Source: a virus (lineage: Duplodnaviria; Caudoviricetes). From it: DNA of 64,000 nucleotides. Under the pieces are notes generated by a model. The model was not told the DNA's origin. It ran no database searches and saw only the letters and a program-made list of their open reading frames with translations. Every line of letters begins with the position of its first letter. Position 1 is the first letter of the stretch. Shown here piece by piece: positions 54,369 through 62,400 of this stretch. The stretch is from the IMG/VR virus record IMGVR_UViG_3300031857_000007. One strand, 5' to 3'. A program made the position numbers and the translations under genes.

Positions 54369-55859
54369 ATGGCTGATAAGATAAAATATATCTACGGCAA
54401 TCAATTTGCACAAAAATTGCCTGGAAGTAATCAAAATTATTACTTTAGAACAATTACTGGATATAAAGTAGATAGTAATGGAAAACCTATAGAAGGAACA
54501 GCAAGAACTGATTTATATTATGCACCTAAACCTGCAGCAAGAACTTCTGACGGAAAAACATGGACTCCAGGAACTGCCGACTCTATAGATAATTTTAATC
54601 CAGGTGGATGGGTTAGGGCTGGATCTACTGCAGATAATGGAAGAACTTATGGGTTTAGAAATTACTCACAAGAAGATGCAGATCTTGGAAAAATTCCTCC
54701 AGGAAAAAATGTAGGAGATCCTGTTTTAGGAGCAACCGCACAACAATCATTATCCACAAGTGGTGGTAAGTTTTATGATGCAGTTCAAAATAATCTCATC
54801 AATCTTGCGGCAAATACTCAACCAGGACTTGCTCAGGTAATATCTGCAAAGCAAGCAAATACTATACAATCTAATAATAGAAGTAAATCTGATCAAGGGG
54901 CAGATGTAGATTCAGAAGAACCTACACCAACGGATGAATCAGATATATCAGAAGATCTAACTTCAGGAATACAGGCATTAGCACAAACAGGAATACCAAA
55001 TCTTGAAGGATCTCCAGAAAGAAAAGAATATCCAGTTTTGCATTATCCAATTGACAGAAGCCCAACGCAAGATTATATTCAATTTAATATGCTCGAATAT
55101 GGAACCAGATCACCATTAGAAAATAAGTTAGGTTGGGGCAATAGAACCTTAACAGAAATTCCTAAAGGATATGTAACGTTACCTATACAACCTACATTAT
55201 CAGATCAAAATAGTGTTGATTGGAATGGACTTGGATTGAATGCATATCAATATGGATTAGCTTCAGGAGCTTTTTCTGCTATGGAAGGAAGTGATCCTGT
55301 GAATCAATTTATATCTCAAATCGAGGGAACATTGGGAGAAGGTGGTGTTGGCGATGCGCTCAAAACCGCCATAAAATTAGAACTAGCACAACAAGCAGTA
55401 AGTGCTCAAGGATTATTATCTAGAGTTTCTGGCGCTATCGTAAATCCCAACCTTGAACTGCTATTTCAAGGCCCACAACTAAGACCTTTTAATTTTACGT
55501 TCAGATTAAGTCCAAGAAGCAAAAGAGAATCTGAAATTGTTCTTGGTATAATAAGATTTTTTAAAGAAGGAATGGCACCAAAGAAAGGAGCAGGAAATTT
55601 GTTCCTTAAAGCTCCCAACGTATTTAAAATAGTATATAAGCATAAAGGTGATAACGAACATCCAGGATTAAATAAAATCAAGACATGTGCATTACAAGCA
55701 TGTACCGTAGATTATACCCCAGACGGTTCATATATGACTTTTGATGATGGTGTTATGACCTCATATCAATTAAATTTACAATTTAGTGAACTTGAGCCTG
55801 TATATTCTAGCGACTATTTCGATGAAAATGGAAAATCAATTTCAGGAGTAGGATATTAA
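54369..55859 (+). CDS. gp48: baseplate tail-tube cap gp48
   Basis: NPNLELLFQGPQLRPFNFTF.LSP.S..E...I..IIRFFK. Confidence 0.85.
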   Translation: MADKIKYIYGNQFAQKLPGSNQNYYFRTITGYKVDSNGKPIEGTARTDLYYAPKPAARTSDGKTWTPGTADSIDNFNPGGWVRAGSTADNGRTYGFRNYSQEDADLGKIPPGKNVGDPVLGATAQQSLSTSGGKFYDAVQNNLINLAANTQPGLAQVISAKQANTIQSNNRSKSDQGADVDSEEPTPTDESDISEDLTSGIQALAQTGIPNLEGSPERKEYPVLHYPIDRSPTQDYIQFNMLEYGTRSPLENKLGWGNRTLTEIPKGYVTLPIQPTLSDQNSVDWNGLGLNAYQYGLASGAFSAMEGSDPVNQFISQIEGTLGEGGVGDALKTAIKLELAQQAVSAQGLLSRVSGAIVNPNLELLFQGPQLRPFNFTFRLSPRSKRESEIVLGIIRFFKEGMAPKKGAGNLFLKAPNVFKIVYKHKGDNEHPGLNKIKTCALQACTVDYTPDGSYMTFDDGVMTSYQLNLQFSELEPVYSSDYFDENGKSISGVGY

Positions 55860-55860
55860 A

Positions 55861-56529
55861 ATGGCAACACCATACTTTAGCAAAGTACCAAATTTCAATT
55901 ATGTCAGTAGATTGCCAGAATCTACAAATAATGACTTTATACAGGTAAAGAATCTTTTTAAAAGAGGAAAACTTCGTGACGATATTGTTGAAAATTTAAA
56001 TTTTTTCACAAAATATAAAATTATAGGTGACGAGAGACCTGATAATGTCGCATTTAAATTTTATGATGACGAAACTTTGGATTGGGTTGTATTACTGTCA
56101 AATAACATATTAAATGTGTACTCAGAATGGCCTCTGCCACAAATTACGTTTGACAAGTATTTGATTGAAAAATATGGAACTTACGATAAAATATATGACA
56201 CTCATCATTATGAAACTACTGAAGTATACAACAGTTTAGGCGTTTTAATCTTGCCTGCTGGTCTTCAAGTTGATCAAAACTATAGCATAACATTCTATGA
56301 CTATGGATTAGGTCAAGAAGTTACAAAAACAAATATTACAGTAGAAATAACAAATTATCAATATGAAGAAGATAAAGAAAATAAAAAAAGAAATATTTAC
56401 ATACTAAAACCAGTTTATCTAAACGTAATACTAAATGACATAGAAGAAATAATGTCATATAAACAGGGTTCTATCCAATATGTAGATAGAACCCTGAAAA
56501 AAGGAGATAATATTAAACTTTACGAATAA
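55861..56529 (+). CDS. gp53: baseplate wedge subunit gp53
   Basis: YF...PN..Y...ERPDNVA...Y....LDWVVLL.NNI...WPL. Confidence 0.88.
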   Translation: MATPYFSKVPNFNYVSRLPESTNNDFIQVKNLFKRGKLRDDIVENLNFFTKYKIIGDERPDNVAFKFYDDETLDWVVLLSNNILNVYSEWPLPQITFDKYLIEKYGTYDKIYDTHHYETTEVYNSLGVLILPAGLQVDQNYSITFYDYGLGQEVTKTNITVEITNYQYEEDKENKKRNIYILKPVYLNVILNDIEEIMSYKQGSIQYVDRTLKKGDNIKLYE

Positions 56530-57507
56530 TCAACTTTCTGCCAGTCTCTGGAAATAACTCAGAGCATCGTCTTCATCTTCTTCGTCTGCACTACTAGTAG
56601 AGGAACCCAAAGAGGCAAGTTGACGACTCAAATCTTCTGGAACGTTTTTGCTACGATTGTAAGATTCTTCAAGTTCTTTCTCTACATTTTTGGAAGAATT
56701 GTAAGATTCAACATAAGATTCATACTCTTCTTCCTGAGCAACGACAGATTGGGATTGGGTTGGAGGTGTTTTCTTACCCAAAACCATGTTTAGACGACGC
56801 TCAAGTTCTTCATAGGTTTTGAACTGATCTGGAGCTGTTACTGCAGTCAGAGAGTAGCACTTTTTCCAAATTGCTTCAAGAGCATCGTCGTCGTCCAGAA
56901 GAGATTCAACAGAACCAAATTCAGACTTATCATAATTCCAATATCCATCCTTCTTAACAATTTTGAGTTTGAAATTGGCACCTTGCCAGAAGTCAAAAGG
57001 ATTGATAGGAGTTTCATCTTCAAACTCGGGTTGCATTGCCTCCATAATTTTATCAAAGATCTTCTTGCCGTACTTAAACAGGAAGACTTTACCTTCGTTT
57101 TGAGGATTTGCAGGATCTTTTACAACGTAGATATTGCTGTAATAAGACAGTTTACGCTTTTGCTTACGAACAGTTTCTTTATTTGCTTCTGATCCCGTGT
57201 TCCACAGTTCACGGTTATACTCTCCAAGAGGATCTTTTTGTCCAATAGTGGTGAGAGAATTCTCAATATACCAACCACCAGGACCTTGGAAAGCATGTGA
57301 ATACAGTTTTGCCCAGGGAAGTTCTTCTCCTTCTGGTGCAGGGAGGAAACGAATTACTGCAAAACCGTTACCTGTTTTATCCATTTCTGGTTTCCAGAGA
57401 CGCTCATCAGCGCCACCAGAAGTTGTACTCATTTTCTCAACTTCTTTTACCAGTTTAGAAGTAAGAGAACCCAGTTTGGATTGTTTTTTGAGATCTGAAA
57501 AAGACAT
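56530..57507 (-). CDS. gp32: single-stranded DNA-binding protein gp32
   Basis: DERLWKP..DK.GNG.AVIRFLP...HAFQGPGGWYIENSL; acidic C-tail. Confidence 0.95.
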   Translation of the reverse strand: MSFSDLKKQSKLGSLTSKLVKEVEKMSTTSGGADERLWKPEMDKTGNGFAVIRFLPAPEGEELPWAKLYSHAFQGPGGWYIENSLTTIGQKDPLGEYNRELWNTGSEANKETVRKQKRKLSYYSNIYVVKDPANPQNEGKVFLFKYGKKIFDKIMEAMQPEFEDETPINPFDFWQGANFKLKIVKKDGYWNYDKSEFGSVESLLDDDDALEAIWKKCYSLTAVTAPDQFKTYEELERRLNMVLGKKTPPTQSQSVVAQEEEYESYVESYNSSKNVEKELEESYNRSKNVPEDLSRQLASLGSSTSSADEEDEDDALSYFQRLAES

Positions 57508-57551
57508 TTTTATACCTCGGATTAATTGGATTTGGCTTTTGGTACTTCATT

Positions 57552-57580
57552 ATTCTACAGGTCCGCGTCTGCCTTGTCAA
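57552..57580 (-). promoter_or_regulatory. sigma70-like promoter of gp32
   Basis: TTGACA-N17-TAGAAT with TG extension. Confidence 0.75.
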
Positions 57581-57899
57581 TCTGTTTTCGCATGGTCTCA
57601 ATGAGTCTCGACATGTTAGAAAATAATATTTTTATATCAACATTTGAAGGCAGTCCCATTAATTTAGCAGACTCTATTATTCTATTTTTCATTTGTATTG
57701 CTTCTGGGTCATCAGAAAGACACAATCTAGTATAAAGAATTTGCTGTTTATCTAAAAGTCTTCGTAGAAGATTGACATGAGTTATTTTTTCTTTTTTTCC
57801 CATCGTAGGGAATTTAAAAACACTCTGATAAATTTGCTCTTGCAGATTTGATATTTCTGCAATCTCTGAGCGAACTACCTCAGATTCAAAAAAACTCAT
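57555..57899 (-). CDS. conserved cyanophage hypothetical protein
   Basis: FF.SEVVR.E...LYTRL.LSDDPEA; lies between gp59 and gp32. Confidence 0.75.
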   Translation of the reverse strand: MSFFESEVVRSEIAEISNLQEQIYQSVFKFPTMGKKEKITHVNLLRRLLDKQQILYTRLCLSDDPEAIQMKNRIIESAKLMGLPSNVDIKILFSNMSRLIETMRKQIDKADADL

Positions 57900-58492
57900 G
57901 CTTCCTCCAAAATAATCTGCTTACAAATCTTTTTGTAATGAAATACATCTATATGTATGAAGGAAGAATATTTTTTTAATTTTAAGCTAACAGTTTCCCA
58001 GACAGGATCTTTAAGTTTTTTGTCAAAATTATTCAAATATCCAAAAATTCGATCATAAATGATCATTGTTTCTGGTGAAATTTTTCCCGTTAAAAACTTC
58101 TTAAGTATAATCGGATGTCCTTTTGAGCAATCAAAAACATCATCCACCTTATTTTCTCCAAATAAATTCTCAGTCTCTTGCTTGAAAAAGTAAGTTAGAG
58201 ACTGATTTCTTTTTTGCCACCTTTTATAAGTATCTTCACCTTCTCTAATAATATTGCCAATCCATAAATTGGTAGGATCATCAGAAGATACGAAATTTGA
58301 AACAAAAAAATCAACAACTTCCTCTTCAGTTTTGCTCCTAGAAAGTTTTTCAAACCAAAAGCGATCTTTTCTTTTATAAAAAGACTGCAAACTTGCTCTT
58401 GTCTTCCCAGCATACTTATGGTAATCGTAAGTATCTTTAGTGAAGTGATTTTTTAGAGCAAGATAAGTTTTATAAGCATCAAATGGCATCAT
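57896..58492 (-). CDS. gp59: helicase loader gp59
   Basis: YKTYLALKNHFT...YDYHKY.GK...RKDR.WFEKL. Confidence 0.85.
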   Translation of the reverse strand: MMPFDAYKTYLALKNHFTKDTYDYHKYAGKTRASLQSFYKRKDRFWFEKLSRSKTEEEVVDFFVSNFVSSDDPTNLWIGNIIREGEDTYKRWQKRNQSLTYFFKQETENLFGENKVDDVFDCSKGHPIILKKFLTGKISPETMIIYDRIFGYLNNFDKKLKDPVWETVSLKLKKYSSFIHIDVFHYKKICKQIILEEA

Positions 58493-58548
58493 TAAAAAAA
58501 TCTAATATGGGAATTTTTTGCCGGAAATTTTTTTCGGGAAAAATGCAA

Positions 58549-58830
58549 TCAAATTGGCAATTTTGCACGGGAACTTTTCTTTAAAAAGTTTAATTCCATT
58601 GCTTCATACTTTATCTTTTCTTTCAATGGTTTTGAAAGAAGTTTAGGAACAGATTCAATGTCGATATTATTTTCCGAGCAAAAATAAACTATCGCATCAA
58701 TGTAATTCATTTCTTCATTTGTTTGAACTAAGAATTCAATTTCTTTAGCAAACCTTGAAGGACAAAAAAACTTATTTTCTAATGCCTTTTCTAATTCATT
58801 TCCCATTTGACCCAAGATTGTTTGATACAA
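58549..58830 (-). CDS. gp33: late promoter transcription co-activator gp33
   Basis: NYIDAIV.FC.EN.IDIE.V.KL.S.PLKEKI..EA..LN.LK. Confidence 0.85.
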   Translation of the reverse strand: MYQTILGQMGNELEKALENKFFCPSRFAKEIEFLVQTNEEMNYIDAIVYFCSENNIDIESVPKLLSKPLKEKIKYEAMELNFLKKSSRAKLPI

Positions 58831-59476
58831 ATTCTTTAATATAACGAACTAATAACTTAATATAATCACTTTTGTTTCTTTTGTCAAATACTTTAACTTC
58901 GCCACCAGGAGTGACCATTAGCGTGATTAATTTTACTGGAGGAATATTCGTTAGTTCATAATATGCTGCTGCATAAAACATCTCTTGGACGAAATAATTT
59001 TCAATCCACTCTTCTGGTTTAATTTTTTCGGATGTCTTGAAGTCAATGACTGCAAGTTCTCCTTCATACTCTGCAATACAGTCTACTCTTCCAGCAAGTC
59101 CCAGATATTCAGAGTAGAGTGTTCTTTCAATTGCATGAATATTATTTATCTTATCAAGGTAAGGTTTTGCGTGATGGAACATAAACTTTGTCAGGGGTTG
59201 ATAATTTGCCCAATCAAGTTCTTTGTTCTCAAGATAGTCTTGACAGACTTGGTGAAAATCAGTTCCTCTTGCCGTTGCCTTTCTTGTAATTGCGTTTGCC
59301 TTTTCTACACCAACTCTTTGTCTCCATTCAGTAAAGATCTGTCGATTATAAAAAGAAGTCACAGATGTAATGGATGGCACCCAACTCCCATTTGGCAAAT
59401 TGTAGAGACGGATGCCATTTTGTTCTTTCTTTTCTAATTCAAGATCACCTAAGTAATTATGATGAATAAATGTCAT
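58796..59476 (-). CDS. PD-(D/E)xK exonuclease
   Basis: PSITSV, RGT.FH, AGRVDCIAE...IDFKTS, Q...YA. Confidence 0.85.
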   Translation of the reverse strand: MTFIHHNYLGDLELEKKEQNGIRLYNLPNGSWVPSITSVTSFYNRQIFTEWRQRVGVEKANAITRKATARGTDFHQVCQDYLENKELDWANYQPLTKFMFHHAKPYLDKINNIHAIERTLYSEYLGLAGRVDCIAEYEGELAVIDFKTSEKIKPEEWIENYFVQEMFYAAAYYELTNIPPVKLITLMVTPGGEVKVFDKRNKSDYIKLLVRYIKEFVSNNLGSNGK

Positions 59477-60225
59477 AGACCAACTTCCAGTTTAGAAATA
59501 ATATATTCTTTAACAAATCCAGATCTTACAATATCTTCAACTTGGAATTCAATAATATCAACCGAGGGCATTACACGAAGAATTTTCATAAAATCAATAA
59601 TACCATTCTTTTCATTTGTTTTAACTAAGTCTGATTGGGTAGCATCACCACAGAACATAATCTTAGAATTTTCACCGACACGAGTAATGATACTATCAAG
59701 TTCATGGAAGTTTAGGTTCTGAAATTCATCAACAATAATAATTGCATTATCCAGAGTTGTACCACGAATAAAAGAAGTGCTCCAGAAACTAATAGTACCT
59801 TGGGTTTTTAAGTTCCCATAAAGCATTTCAAAATCTGCATCCGTTGGCAACTGGAACATGTACTTAACCATGTTCTTATATGGAATTTGATAGAGAGAAG
59901 ATTTATCTTCATGGTCTCCAGGAAGAAATCCAATTTCTCTAGTTGCTACAAGAGATCTTACAATATAGATTTTTTCATATGGACTTCTCTCGTCCAAAAC
60001 ATCTTGAATGGCATTGTAAAGTGTTATGAATGTTTTTCCAGTTCCTGCACATCCGTATGCAACAATATTTTTATTGGATTCATACGATTCATACAATCTT
60101 TTTTGATTCTCCGTTAAAGGATCAATGTCTTTCATTAAGTCGATATTGATTGGCTTTTTGCGTTTCATTTGCTTAGCAGTCATTCCAACGCCAATCGGTT
60201 GATCCTCTTTTCTTCTTCTTGCCAT
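59473..60225 (-). CDS. phoH: PhoH-like ATPase
   Basis: GCAGTGKT, EIGFLPG, FIRG.TLD, IVDEFQN, GD..QSD, IVRSG. Confidence 0.93.
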   Translation of the reverse strand: MARRRKEDQPIGVGMTAKQMKRKKPINIDLMKDIDPLTENQKRLYESYESNKNIVAYGCAGTGKTFITLYNAIQDVLDERSPYEKIYIVRSLVATREIGFLPGDHEDKSSLYQIPYKNMVKYMFQLPTDADFEMLYGNLKTQGTISFWSTSFIRGTTLDNAIIIVDEFQNLNFHELDSIITRVGENSKIMFCGDATQSDLVKTNEKNGIIDFMKILRVMPSVDIIEFQVEDIVRSGFVKEYIISKLEVGL

Positions 60226-60233
60226 ATAAAAAA

Positions 60234-60482
60234 TTAAATTGATTTTACTTTCGAACCAGGTACTTTTGAAGCTTTGTGGAGAACATCATTCCAACCAGGA
60301 TGAGACTTTTTAAGTCTATCATAAACTTCACCAACCTCTCCAGAACTGGGACATGTTGAAGGATCACTCCAATCCCTATCCCATTCTGGATTGTCATTTT
60401 TCCACTGGTCCCAATCATGAACACTCATTGTAACTTCTTTTTGTTCGCCAGTTACTTTATTGACTACAGGATAAGTTGCCAT
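60234..60482 (-). CDS. conserved T4-like hypothetical protein
   Basis: MATYPVVN..TGEQKE...GW.DVL.K..KVPGS; ATAAATA at 60505-60511. Confidence 0.75.
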   Translation of the reverse strand: MATYPVVNKVTGEQKEVTMSVHDWDQWKNDNPEWDRDWSDPSTCPSSGEVGEVYDRLKKSHPGWNDVLHKASKVPGSKVKSI

Positions 60483-60507
60483 AAATTACATAAAGATATA
60501 GGGATAT

Positions 60508-61197
60508 TTATTCAATAGTAATGGAAGGGGCGTCGGAACATTCAGAACAACCTTCACGAGTCCAACCAAGTGCTTCAGATACAGCAGGGAACTGACAGGT
60601 AAAAATACAACGAATCAATTCTGCAATCTCCATGTGTTCCTTCTGTGTACCGTGTGCAGACCGTAGATCAATGTAATGGATCCATGACCTTACAGAACCG
60701 GTCATATAGAGGCGTGTAGGCGTTGCTAGGGGCAGTACAAACCTTGCACACTCCTTTGCCACACCCTTCTCCAGAAGGCGATTGTAGACCCTCTGAGACT
60801 GCTCAAACAAAACGCGAATGTCTTCTAGTAAAGTAAGTTTCAAATAGTCTGGAAGATCATCAATTGAGTTTTGCCGATTCTTATTATCTTGCCTACGAAG
60901 TTCTGGGAGTGGAATACTACCACCAAGAAGATTTGCATCTGCATAACGCTGCGAAAATTCCTGATATGTAAAGCTCCTATGTCGGAGTATCTGTGCCGCA
61001 ATGCCTCTTGTCGTATTAATCTCAACAGTCATTGTTGCTTGTTCAAAAATACTCCAATGCTGATGTTGAATGCAGTATTTTAATAGTCCAGAAAATTTTT
61101 CATTATCTTGATTTGCGGGATTACTGACCCTAGCACAATATGCCATGTGCTTTTCTGCATCGGGAGTAACGCTAATGAGTTTAACTTCTGGTTTCAT
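60508..61197 (-). CDS. thyX: flavin-dependent thymidylate synthase
   Basis: QILRHRSFTYQEFSQRY signature; start refined to MKPEV. Confidence 0.95.
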   Translation of the reverse strand: MKPEVKLISVTPDAEKHMAYCARVSNPANQDNEKFSGLLKYCIQHQHWSIFEQATMTVEINTTRGIAAQILRHRSFTYQEFSQRYADANLLGGSIPLPELRRQDNKNRQNSIDDLPDYLKLTLLEDIRVLFEQSQRVYNRLLEKGVAKECARFVLPLATPTRLYMTGSVRSWIHYIDLRSAHGTQKEHMEIAELIRCIFTCQFPAVSEALGWTREGCSECSDAPSITIE

Positions 61198-61207
61198 AAA
61201 CTCAAAT

Positions 61208-61375
61208 TCAGTCTGGATATCCATCATCGTCATAAAATACCTCGTCGTAATCTTCTATGTAAGGGGCAATTCTTTCGTACTTATATGAATCAACATCAGA
61301 GTAAACTTCTGATTTGAGACATTCTACTAAGGACTCAAGATTTTTTACTATAAGTTTGAGTTTTTCTTTATCCAT
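61208..61375 (-). CDS. hypothetical acidic protein (55 aa)
   Basis: Manually read MDKEKLKLIVKNLESLVECLKSEVYSD... Confidence 0.65.
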   Translation of the reverse strand: MDKEKLKLIVKNLESLVECLKSEVYSDVDSYKYERIAPYIEDYDEVFYDDDGYPD

Positions 61376-61405
61376 TTTTTAAACTCTGACAAAATAATTA
61401 TAGGT

Positions 61406-61434
61406 AAAAAAAAGAGGGGAGTCAAGTCCCCTCT
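61406..61434 (-). terminator. intrinsic terminator
   Basis: GAGGGGA-CUUGAC-UCCCCUC followed by U8. Confidence 0.85.
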
Positions 61435-61438
61435 CACA

Positions 61439-61540
61439 TTAAGCAATCTGTGGTTGCTTTGCCATATTAATCTGAGCAGCATGGAGAAGTTTTTCCCTCT
61501 TTGCTTTTTTCTTGAGATAACGAACGAAGTAAGTATTCAT
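61439..61540 (-). CDS. 33-aa basic peptide
   Basis: MNTYFVRYLKKKAKREKLLHAAQINMAKQPQIA; ATGA overlap with the upstream ORF; GGAGG RBS. Confidence 0.6.
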   Translation of the reverse strand: MNTYFVRYLKKKAKREKLLHAAQINMAKQPQIA

Positions 61541-61701
61541 TTTACACCTCCCTTGGATTTTTCCATATGGAGTTTGTTTCCATTTTCATCAACATAAAAC
61601 AAAACGCCACGATAGATTTCTACGTGCGCTGGTGGTCTTACATTTTGATTTGGGCGATCTGTAGTGTCATATTCAACACCACGATAAACGACTTTAGACA
61701 T
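61537..61701 (-). CDS. DUF4278-like peptide (54 aa)
   Basis: Two YRGV motifs (MSKVVYRGVEY...EIYRGV); AAGGAG RBS. Confidence 0.75.
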   Translation of the reverse strand: MSKVVYRGVEYDTTDRPNQNVRPPAHVEIYRGVLFYVDENGNKLHMEKSKGGVK

Positions 61702-61729
61702 TAGGGTTCTCCTTAATTGAAGTTAAAGA

Positions 61730-61827
61730 GCGTTCCTTCAGTCGGCGTTTGCGTCGGTTTCCCGATGAACGTTCCGTTCCGCGTCGGCTTACTTCCGTCC
61801 TATAGTACTTTAGTCATAGGATGAACG
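61730..61827 (-). ncRNA. tandem glutamine riboswitch (glnA / Downstream-peptide type aptamers)
   Basis: Two units CGUUCA-hairpin-...-GGAACG; unit 1 has CGGAAGUAAG, unit 2 has CGCA...CGACUGAAGGAACGC. Confidence 0.8.
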
Positions 61828-61837
61828 TTAGAGGATT

Positions 61838-61867
61838 ATTATACCTCTAGTTACAGTATATATGCAA
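61838..61867 (-). promoter_or_regulatory. sigma70-like promoter for the riboswitch transcript
   Basis: TTGCAT-N18-TATAAT. Confidence 0.65.
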
Positions 61868-61874
61868 GCACTTT

Positions 61875-61890
61875 TGTAACTTTTGTTACA
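61875..61890. promoter_or_regulatory. candidate NtcA box
   Basis: TGTAACTTTTGTTACA = TGTA-N8-TACA. Confidence 0.5.
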
Positions 61891-61892
61891 AT

Positions 61893-62219
61893 TTATCTTT
61901 CAATATAACTCAAGGTATGATTGGTAGCATAAAGTTGTTGAATTATTATATCACATCCAATTTTTGGATTACAATCTCCACAAGTATAAACATCTACTGC
62001 TGCCGTTCCTTCTTCTGGCCAAGTATGAATACTAATATGACTTTCGGATAACAAACACAAAACGGTCACTCCTTGAGGTTCAAACTTTTTTGAGATTGTC
62101 TGTACCACAGTAGCACCACTTGCAGATGCTGCGTTTTCTAACAAGTCAATAAGACAACGCTCGTCGTCCAAAAGAACAAACGAGCATCCATACAAGTTAA
62201 GTAGATAATGCTTACCCAT
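61893..62219 (-). CDS. speD: S-adenosylmethionine decarboxylase proenzyme
   Basis: KFEPQGVT...LLSESHISIHTWPE...DVYTCG. Confidence 0.92.
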   Translation of the reverse strand: MGKHYLLNLYGCSFVLLDDERCLIDLLENAASASGATVVQTISKKFEPQGVTVLCLLSESHISIHTWPEEGTAAVDVYTCGDCNPKIGCDIIIQQLYATNHTLSYIER

Positions 62220-62400
62220 CAGTTTCGTTCAAGTCTCCAAGTAAATCTCTAACAATTTTTTCGTTTCCGTCTATAGTTTTAATAGTATATAAAGAAGATT
62301 TCATATATTTTTTAATCTTTTTATATTTTTTCAATAAATTTTTTACTTCGTCAGTATTTATTGTAACATTTAAATTGTTATCTTTGAATCCAGAATTCAT
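62212..62400 (-). CDS. hypothetical protein
   Basis: Start refined to MNSGFK. Confidence 0.6.
   Translation of the reverse strand: MNSGFKDNNLNVTINTDEVKNLLKKYKKIKKYMKSSLYTIKTIDGNEKIVRDLLGDLNETDG

Noticed and set aside
60508-61197. Intron or homing endonuclease in thyX, phoH or gp32
   Set aside because: ORFs are continuous and of normal length; no GIY-YIG, HNH or LAGLIDADG gene was seen
61198-61233. Track start for thyX at 61233 (likewise 4133, 20320, 24337 and 40680 for other ORFs)
   Set aside because: The extensions overlap upstream genes or promoters; downstream ATGs fit better
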